From contig OZ281501.1 in the NCBI GenBank assembly GCA_965637545.1, positions 18,352,001-18,416,000 of the forward strand: 64,000 nucleotides of DNA, written 5' to 3'. Below, one piece after another: positions 40,618 to 50,900 of this stretch. A model generated the notes under the pieces. The model worked only from the letters and a program-made list of their open reading frames with translations. It had not been told where the DNA came from and ran no database searches. Source of the stretch: Phallusia mammillata. Taxonomy: Eukaryota. Both the position numbers and the translations under genes were made by a program. Positions within the stretch are counted from its first letter, which is position 1, and every line of letters begins with the position of its first letter.

Positions 40618-41143
40618 AACGTCCGCTCAATAGAAATATTAAAACACGCCACTTGCTCACACTCGGTGTCGCCAGAGGGCTACACACGCGAAGAGGAACA
40701 CTTAATGACGTCATGGCGCCGCTCGTCATCGTTCACTGTGATGTCATAGATTAAAAGCCGCGCGCTTTACCGCTGCGGAAATCTATGCTTAGGCAATGCA
40801 ATACTGATGGTGAAATTGTTGAAAAAGATTTTTATTGTGACGTACATGCACGTCATAACTTTTTTATTACGTCACGGCTGCTTGCACAAAGATTACAATG
40901 CCTATTTATGTCGTAACAAAGATATGTTTGTTAAATGGAACAATCATTCCACTTTTCTGCTGCTACTTGTATTTCTCTCAGCATTTTCACTGATTTTATT
41001 CTGAAATGACCTTTCGTTTTTTTTTACTCCGTTTGTTGCAGTTTTTCCAGCTGCGGGTTGGATTTTTAAAACTTTTTATTCTTTTTGTTTTGTTTTTTTT
41101 GTTACCTTTTATCCGAACTTTTTGCCGATGTCGAGTTACAAGA

Positions 41144-41149
41144 AATAAA
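41144..41149 (+). terminator. Cyclin E polyadenylation signal
   Basis: First AATAAA after the stop, preceded by U-rich/CPE-like tracts. Confidence 0.7.
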
Positions 41150-41201
41150 ACAACATAGACTCGTCAAATTATTCAGTTGCTTTCAGTTCTTATTCTTAGT
41201 T

Positions 41202-41365
41202 CAGTGGTTTTAACGTGTAGCACGCATACCGCTAGTAGTAGCCTACATCGGAGCTATTCGGGTGGAAGGCTACATGCTGAACTCGATTAAAAATCAAAAA
41301 TTGCAACTTAACCTGTCCAACTGAGCAGTCCTAAATTGGGGCGAAACTCGTGCTTTGGACATTTT
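41202..41365. mobile_element. Degraded hAT MITE related to 48299-48572
   Basis: Starts CAGTGGTTTT...ACGCATACC; shares TTGCAACT...ACTGAxCAGxCCT...GAAAxTCGTGxTTTGGAC with the 48299 copy; right end not found. Confidence 0.6.
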
Positions 41366-41440
41366 GTGGAGTTTCTAACTGTACTGATTTTGGAGTTCCT
41401 AACTGTATTATCTAGCCTAGGCATATCTCTTGGTCTACCC

Positions 41441-41607
41441 CAGGGGTTCTTAACCTGGGGTGCGAGAACTGTTCCTAGGGGGTGCGGGGATATTGAATCA
41501 TTAAGGTTGGTTAGGTCTATTCTATTTAAGCAATTATAGAAGGGGGAGCGAAAATTGGTTGGTGATTTGAAAGGGGTGCAGCAAGGAAAAAAGGTTAAGA
41601 ACCACTG
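41441..41607. mobile_element. hAT (Charlie/Buster-type) MITE
   Basis: TIRs CAGGGGTTCTTAACCT / AGGTTAAGAACCACTG; perfect TSD GTCTACCC. Confidence 0.92.
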
Positions 41608-41998
41608 GTCTACCCATTCAAATAGGTTTTAAGTGGAAGACAGTAAATGGAAAAGTCGCCAGGTGGTAGGCTACGCTTCAGTAAAAGTTTGACACCGACC
41701 GTCCTTCTAAAGCTAATAATCTAATCAGCCTAAACTGTGTCGAACAACTGCCTAAACGTGCGATTTAAGGATTTGAAAAAGCAGGTAGCCTGTTTGGAGC
41801 AATAATCACGTCATTAGCGAAAGTTTATCGCGCCTAAGAAATAAAAATGCTGAGTAACGCAACGCATCATTACTCAGCATTAAGCGGTGCAGGAATTTGT
41901 TGCAATGCGGTTTCATTGTAATTACTCTCTTATTGTCAAACTATTTTGATTGGATTTAACGTGCTCTTCTGTTCTAGGTAGGCAAGCAAATATATGTA

Positions 41999-44900
41999 AT
42001 GGAGGCTGAAGATCCTCAAGGAATTCATAGTCTTAACAAAGTTAACTTGAAAACTTATCTGGGGTCTGTGTTTCCCGAAATTGAAAAACATGCAGATCTG
42101 ACAATCAAAAAGTTTAGGTGAGGAAATTGTTTAATTACTAAACTGACTTAACTTTACTTTCTCAATAATGCCTAACAAAACATTTTTATCCATGTTTTGT
42201 TCCGTGATATATGCCAAAAAACCTGTAATTTACAGCTAGAAAAAGATAATGTGTTTATTTAAATATATTTAAATGCTATATAGCACCACAAGTATATGTT
42301 TTATCACTCAGTTTTATTTGCACCACTTATTATCTTAACGTTTGATTTTTTTAGTGTTGGACAATCAAATCCCACATATTATGTTAAATTTGGGGAAAAG
42401 GAGCTTGTTCTCCGGAAGAAACCACCAGGAAAGTTGTTAAAGGGAGCGCATCAGGTTTGCGATTTTTTGTTTCGTTAATACATATTTATTTTGTGTTTAA
42501 AAACTTATGCAAAATAATAGTTAAGCAAATAACAACACCATGGTGAACAAACGCACAGTTTATAACAATAATAATTTCATATTTTGGCAAACTTGTTCAG
42601 ATGGATCCAGTTAATAGCATAATCCTTTTAATCACATAAAAGCTGGTAAATTGGGCATGTGGAATTGGTTCTGGCAAATGTAATCGTCAGTGTATGAATT
42701 GCCAAAAATTTAACTAAAAGCATTAAAAGTTGAAAAGCAAATTTAAAAAAAGATATTTTTATATATTTTTAGGTTGGTCGAGAATACAAAGTTATGTTGG
42801 CGTTGGGCCGTGTAAACTTTCCTGTACCACGCATGATCAGTTACTGCCCCGATACATCGGTTCTAGGGACGGAGTTTTTTGTCATGGAATACATGAAGGT
42901 GAATACAACGTCTTAAAGTTGCTACAAAGGTTTTATTCTGGAAGTGATGTTGAAAATTCATTTGTTAAAAAAGTTGATGACAAGTTGATACCACTGTGTA
43001 AAATACAAAAATTTTAAATCAGATTGAAAATGGGGTGCTAGATTTTTGTTGCAATGTCCTTAAATTTGTTATTAGAACTCTTAAACATAGAGCTTTTTTA
43101 TACTTTTAGTAAAATCCTACTTGCAAATTTTAGGGTCGAGTTGTATCATGGACATTTGAGGGTTTAACAAAAGAGGAAAGAAGAAGTGGTTCCTTCTCAG
43201 CGATTGAAACACTGGCTAAACTTCACAAATACAATCCAGCTGCTATCGGACTCGATGACTTCGGTAAAAAAGGTGGATTTTGTGGCAGAGTTGTAAGTTG
43301 TGTTTATACCTTTTCTGACCATTCTCAATTATAAATATTTCTCTGTTTCAAAGGTTGTACACATAAACAGAGGGACTTTGAGTAAGTGTGGGCTATTTTA
43401 ATTGTATTTAAGCTGTCATATATAGCAGGGCTTCTCAAACTGTGGGTTGCAACCCAAAGTGGCGTCGCACAATATAATTTTGGGGTCGCGAAACATCATG
43501 CATTATTGTGTCATTGTTACAATAAATGGTATGCATGCGTAAATTTATTGTTTAAACATCATTCATGTGTATAGGCTATACCCATCAAGGGGTCACACAG
43601 AAATTGCTTTTCCAAAATGGGGTCGCAGAGCAAACAAGTTTGAGAAGCCCTCATTTATACCACTGTTTGTAACATATTTTGTAACTCTTATATACTTTTT
43701 GAAAGTGACATATTGAGTGTCCAAATGATTTCAATATTTTTCTTCAATATGTCTGTTTCTTATTACAATAAAATGCTTAGTAGCTTAGAACTATGGTTTA
43801 TTTACAGTTAAACACTTGGACGAGGCAGTACAATGCATCAGCTGATAAAGATATTCCACAAATGACTGAACTAATGAAATGGCTTCAACAGAAACTTCCC
43901 GAAATCCACGATGAAACTGCGGTGATTCACGGCGACTATTCAATTTCCAACCTCATGTTTCACCCAAATCAAGTAAGTTTAACTGGGAATATAATTTTAA
44001 ATTAAGTCATTTCTGTACAAGCATGGGTTTTAACTTTTCAGGGGATCACTGTATTTGTGAAACTAAAACCTGGAATTGCAAAATTAAATTGTTGCAATGA
44101 TTGGTTTGATGTTTGCTTTTTACATCAAAATACACTGTTGTTTACAACAACTGTATCAAAATTATACAGTCACTATTCATGCAAACAAGTTGCATTACTT
44201 TGCAGGGTAAAATATTGGCTGTTTTGGACTGGGAGCTCTCAACCATTGGACATCCACTGATGGATTTCGCTTACTTCTGTGTGCCGTATCACGCTTCTCA
44301 AGAATACTTTCTTATGCAGCAAGCCAGTAAAGAAGACGTACAGTAAGTGAACATGATTGGACTTTTATTTGTGACCTCAAAAAAACACAAGATAAAATGT
44401 TTCGGCCAGCTGAAATATTAGCACATCACTTACTTGAAGACTGTCTGTTTCACTCTTCTACAGTTATGTAAACTGTGTTTAAGTCAAATAGGAGACATGC
44501 AAGATTTAATACATAAGCTATTGCTGCCTAGGCATAACATCAAGTTTATAGAGCTTATCTGGCAATTGTAGTTTTATTCCGACGTTTCGGCGTCCTATAC
44601 AGGTCGCCTTCATCAGGGTAAATAACACTGAATGCGCGTAATACAGTGTATGATAAACAAAGGAAAAAAGAATGGAATGCAAGCACGTCACAACGCAATG
44701 AAAACACTGCGCGATAGCGAATGATTGGGCTAAACTACAACTATTAAACTATATTTGCCAGAAGAGCTCTATAAACTTGATGCAAGATTTTAGTTATAGG
44801 TGGCATGAATTTTGTGTAGGATGTGCTGTTTAACTAATGGCAGTAGTCCAGTGCAAAATAAAACTCCCCAGGCCTACTGGAAGCCTTTTACTTAATCACT

Positions 44901-47900
44901 CACTCATCCATATGGCCTATTGTCACTTTTGCTATGAAATCAATCAATGGTCGGAAAAGACTTACAACATAGCATAGCTATTATCTGCCATATGATTTAA
45001 AAATGCCAAAGTCAACAAGTTACTTAATATTAGTGATGGGACGATACCAGGTTTTGAAGGGAGTACCGATACCGAGTACGAGTACCACATGTATATACCT
45101 TCGATACCGAGTACGATTACCGAGTACTTAAGTACAGTGTTGTACTTAGTTGTATATCACCTGCTAATTTATCTGCCATGGCTAGCGTACAGGCGTGCCC
45201 ACACACATGCAGAAAAAAGTAATCTCCATACGATAGCGAAACAAATACGTAACCTGGCGGAACTTTTTCCCAAATTTGTACTGTCCGAAGCATATATTGG
45301 CACAAAGTTTTCAGTGTTCTTATAGTGTAAATCAGCCTTCGGTACTCGCACGTTGGTATCGAAAACTGAGACAGAATATTTCGATACCGAGTACGAGTAT
45401 CGATACCACTGAAATCGTTCGATACCATCGATACCGAGTACCGGGTACCCGTCCCATCACTACTTAATATCCCTGTGCAGATTACCAATATGAAGGTTCG
45501 GTAACCATAGCAACTGTTTTTAGACAACTTTTTGCTGATCTCCCCACTGAAGATGAATTGATTCGATATTACTGCAAACTGCGGGGAATTCCCTATCCTA
45601 TTCCCAACTGGAATTTCTACCTTGCATTAAATTTCTTTAAACTAGCTGGTATCGTTCAGGTACAACAGCGTTCTGGTTAAGTGTACAAATTTCATAAAAA
45701 CTCTTTTAAGTAAAAAAGGTGCATTTATAAATATGTCAGACAAATTTGTTTAAGTGGATAAACATCAACTCCAGACTATGGTCATTTGTTAAGAAGAATA
45801 TCGGGTTAATCAAATAATTTAGATAGTTGCATGAAAATCATGATAAATACATTTAACTGAATTCATCTTTTCTTTTAAAAATGTAATTTTTCATGTCTTG
45901 CGAAATGACTGTTTGTTGTGCCAATATGTTTTATACACCTGTACAGTAAAGATGCTGCTAATGTTTTTGTTTTGAAACTTGTGTTTTAGTTATTGCAATG
46001 TTTTTAGGGAGTCTATGCGAGATCATTACAGGGAAACGCAAGCTCACCTTATGCTGCTGCATATCAGTCACTTGTTCTACCTTTGATCAACACTGCATTG
46101 AAACTTTCCAAACAAGGGTTTGTATTTCGATGTATATTACACAATCATTCCAATAATTATCTAAAAATTAATCTATGCAGTAGTTAGGTGAATATATCAT
46201 CTGTTAGTTGTTGAATAAATTCATGTCAAACTTTTAGAATTTGTTTTTGCATTCTTGTTGGTCGAAGCAAGGTTTCATTTTTTAACTGAGTCTTCTGTCA
46301 AACAGCCTTGCTACAATGCAGTTGTGGCATTTTTTCTTTGATTTTTGTGTTCAGAAACCTATGTGGTTTAACTACGAAGGGATTTAAACCCACCACCTTT
46401 GAGTTTGAAATCTTTCCTGGCCGCTTAGTAATTTGTGATATGCATGTTGTGAAACTGCAAGATATGCTTTAATTTTTCTCTGCATAACCCCACCTTAACT
46501 TTAACTGATTTGGAAAATGTAAAAGTACTGAAAATGAGTATGGTGCAATGAGGTTTTATTTGCGGTTTGAAAAGCAAATGTAGTTTCAAAGTTTGTTCTA
46601 CAAATTAATCCAAAAGTATATATTTTAGTGGAGCAAAATGACATGTTTTTTAAGAAGTTTAACAAATCGAAAACTCACTGCAAAATTTGTATTTTATTGT
46701 TGTTGATTTAATGTGTTACAAAAGTATGCATGTGATGTTACAAACTGGCAGCATGACTTGTATTTTAACAAGTTTGCTTGGGTTCATTCTTTGCTGAGGG
46801 ATAAGTTAATAATTAACTTAAGTCTGCTCGGTGGATCAACGTGATGTGAAAAATTTAGTAGATGCAGCAGATTTACAAAACTTTGCGAAATAAAATGTTT
46901 AAGCAATTTAATTACTTCAAGGAAATTATTTTTGATGTACAGCAGTTCAGTTGTTTTTTTATATGTAGTGTTACAAAAGTTAGCATTGTTGTTAGCAAAA
47001 GCAATAATAGAGTTGAAGTCGTCTTGTTTTTGTGTAATCCATGTAAATTTAATGCTGTAGTTATCTTGGAAATCAAAAATATAAATTAAATCTGTTTTAA
47101 TTTACTGGTTTTGTGTGATCTTTAAAAATTTACTTTAATTTAAGTGATAGTAATTTTGGAAGCATAAATCAAAATAGTTAGGTTTTAATTCCCTGTTCTT
47201 ATGTAATATGACAGTTATCAAGCAAATTTTCTTTGTTGTGTAAGGATAGCTATAGATTTGTTAATTGTTGCTAATTCCTTTTCAGTTTAGTTTGGTTTTG
47301 TACGATCTATTTTAATTTTTTTCCATAATAGCTGTATTTTTGGGGAGTATTCTTTTATGGCTCCCTGCTTTTGTTTATTTTGATAATATTATCTATATTT
47401 TCTTTGTTGTGTAGGGTTGATATAGATTTGTTAATTGTTGGTGGTTAATTGATTGTGCAGTGAAATGGCTCCATCTCTCAGCCCGATGACTCTTTCTCCT
47501 TCTCCGAAAGGAAAAGTGATTCTCGATCAAGTAACGAAGATTATTAAAGAAGAACTTGAACCTAGAGAAATGGTGAGATAAGTTACAAGTGTCATCTATT
47601 TAAAAAAAAACATCCGTACCAAACCATAGTGTTGTATTTTGCAAATGCCTTTCTGATTTACAGTATGTAACTGATAACGCTTGCCATAGCTCTTAAAACT
47701 AGGAAATTTCAGTGTGACAACCACTAAATCAGGTGCTGTATTTTATTTAACAAATAAGAACAAACAATACAGCAATCGATGTAGTGGTTTTTATGCAAAA
47801 ATTTTGAATTGTCACAGTTCTTTGCTTTATAAAAAAAAATTTACTACATAACTTTTTATTTTTTTATCCGACAAATGCCCGAATATGTTTTTGTTTGTTA

Positions 47901-50900
47901 CAAGTTATATGTAAATGTTGTGTAATATATAAAAGTTTAAAGACATCCCACTGAAAATTGATGTCCTCAGTGAACTGTGATGTAAGGTTAAACATTACAA
48001 GCTAATCCTGTGTGTACATTTATTTTTAAAATTTGTTGTTGTTTTTACATCTTAGTTTAAAAAAAAGTATATGACACATTACTGTTTTGCATACTAAATC
48101 TTAACCTGTAGTTTATGTATTCTGCTTCACCTTGAAAATGGTTTCCCAAATTTCATTTAAATTGGTTGCTGTCAAAGTTTTTATTTAATTTGCAAACTTA
48201 TTTATTTTTTTACACAGGAATATTGGAATTATGTAAAATCACAAAAGGATCCGTTTTGTGTTGTGCCTATCATGGATGAGTGGAAAGTAAGTTTGAGCCA
48301 GTGGTTCTCAAACTGTGGTACGCATACCACTAGTGGTACGCCAAAATTTTTCATGTGGTACGCGAGTAGCTTTCTGTGATACCTAATTTAAATCCGAGTT
48401 GCAACTCAACTGATCAGCCCTGGTTTGGGTGAAATTCGTGTTTTGGACTGTCTTTTGCAATTGTTAAACATGCTAGTCAGGTCGAGAAAATAAGCCTATT
48501 ACTTGGGCTATGCATTTAAACAGGGTTTAGGACTTTAGGTGGTACGCAATCCAAGTAAGATTGAGAACCATGGTTTAAGGCGAAGTTTCAATGAAAACAA
48601 ATTTGCATCATTGTAACAATTTGTCAGGCGATGGCCAAGAAAAAGGGTCTTTGGAATCTTTTCCTCCCCGGAATCAGTGGGTTGAGTAATGTCGATTACG
48701 CTCACATTGCTGAACAACTTGGAAGGTCATCAATATTTTCTGAGGTTTTTAACTGCAGTGCACCAGGTATGTTTTGGTCTCCAACAGTAAAACTAATGAG
48801 TTGGTTGGTCCAGCCATGGTTGGTATTATGTTTAAGGCTTCAGCCTGGGGATAATTTTACCTCTGAGGGGTGAATGTTTTGTATGAAATTATGTGGGTTT
48901 GTTTTGGGGATGTTAGCAGTTAAATTCAAAATCGGCTAAGGACAGTGGTGGGATTCAGCCAGTTCGCACCGGTTCTACAGAACCGTCTCATGAAATTTTA
49001 TGAGATAGCGAACCGGTTAGCATTACTGGTTACTGTCAATGGACTTTTTGTAACAGAACCGGCTGAAAAATATTACTTTTGTAATAGAACCGGCTGACAA
49101 AACAATTTGAATCCCACCACTGGCTAAGGGCTAAAGCAAGAGAAACATTTGCAAGTCAACCATTTAACAAAATATTTTATCTGCCTTTCGGAAACAAACG
49201 TCACACATTGTAATGTTTTAAATTTACCATGAATCGATGTGTTTTGAAACTTTACTAAGTGTAACGAAACTCACAGACACTGGTAATATGGAAGTTCTGT
49301 ACATGTACGGTGATGAATACCAGAAGAAAAAATGGTTGCAGCCACTTTTGAATGGTGAAATACGGTCGGCATTCTGCATGACAGGTATAATGTTTTTGTT
49401 TTTCATTTGTTTTTTTTATTTAAGTCAATTGGTATTTTTTATCTTGGACATTTATATTTGTAAATCAAATTTGTTGGTTTCAAACGAAATATAGTTATTC
49501 AAAGATACTTGATTATGTTGTTTACAAATTAATCTTTTTTGGTGTAGAACCACAAGTGGCATCAAGTGATGCTACTAACATGGAACTTACAATAATAAGA
49601 GACGGAGATCATTATATTGTCAATGGGAGGAAATGGTGGAGTTCAGGTTTGTAAGACTGATATTAAAAAACTGTATTGCCGTTTTTTTGTTGTGGTGAAT
49701 TTAATTTTATATTTCTGGTTAGGTGCTGGTGACCCTCGATGTAAAATTGGAATCGTAATGGGAAAAACTGGCAGCTCACAAACTGCAAAACATAAACGAC
49801 ATAGTATGATTGTGGTGCCATTCGATACTCCTGGTGTCCGAAAAATCAGAGACCTCCAGGTCTTTGGATATAATGGTAAGCAGAAAAATCGTTTAAACTA
49901 CATAACTCAAAATGCTCCAGTTTTGTACGTTGTTCTGACTGTATTGTTGTGAATAAAATGTATTTGAACCATGGGCGCCGGCAGAAAATTTTGCAAGAGG
50001 GGGCAAATTTTGACTGATACTTTACCGCATGAAGAATTTGTTACATATGAAGCCATAAATCGTGTACTTCACAATTGAGTTGCCTTAAAGTTAAAGCAAT
50101 GAACGATGTCACAAATCCCAGCGCTGCCAATTTAATTAGGTTTTCTGCTAAATATGTTAAATTGAGGTACACTGAAATTCCAAGGGGGGGCAAGTGCCCC
50201 CTCTTGCCCCTACGTGGCGGCGCCCATGATTTGAACATGCATATTAAAAGTTGTGTGGTCAATAAAGTTGATCTACTATGAAAATTCTGACATGTGCAGT
50301 ATAAGAGGCAGGCAACAGTGCTTGTGTGCTTTGACTTTCAATGGGTGTCGAGCCTGTATTGTTTAGTTGATGGAGGGCGAGTACTGGGAAGGCTAGATTT
50401 TTCTCATGCATGCAAATGCTGGAATATCAAGTTTTATTTGTACCCTTGCATTTCTGACAATTGGTAAAAATATCAGAAACTTGCCCAGCAGAAAGGATTT
50501 TTAGCATAAAAAGTGTGGCTTTAAAAACAATACATTAAATATGTCATTTTCTTTCACATAGATGCTCCTCATGGTCACAGCGAAATGGAATTTGACAACG
50601 TTCGAGTCCCAGTTGCTAATCTTATACTCGGGGAAGGAAGAGGATTTGAAATTGCTCAGGGAAGACTCGGACCTGGAAGGATTCATCACTGCATGCGATC
50701 AATTGGTGAGCCAAAAAGAATAAGTTTGTGCTGAGGTTATGACATCGAAAAAAATTGGCACAGAGTTGCTTTTCAGCCTGTAAGTTCCAGCAAACTGGAG
50801 TTTCATAGCCAGTCACCAGCTGCACTAATGACATGTGGTTAAGACTTGGTTAACGATGACACAAAAAATATTGTGTACATCCTATTGTGAAACTATTAAA

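Noticed and set aside
41150-41998. Cyclin E-ACAD11 operon
   Set aside because: The spacer of about 0.8 kb contains MITEs and its own CpG-rich promoter-like patch, so there is no direct evidence of polycistronic transcription.
45031-45462. CRISPR-like or coding interpretation of the GATACCGAGTAC repeats and the 136-aa ORF
   Set aside because: They are subterminal repeats of a hAT MITE bounded by TIRs and a TSD; spacing is irregular and the context is eukaryotic.
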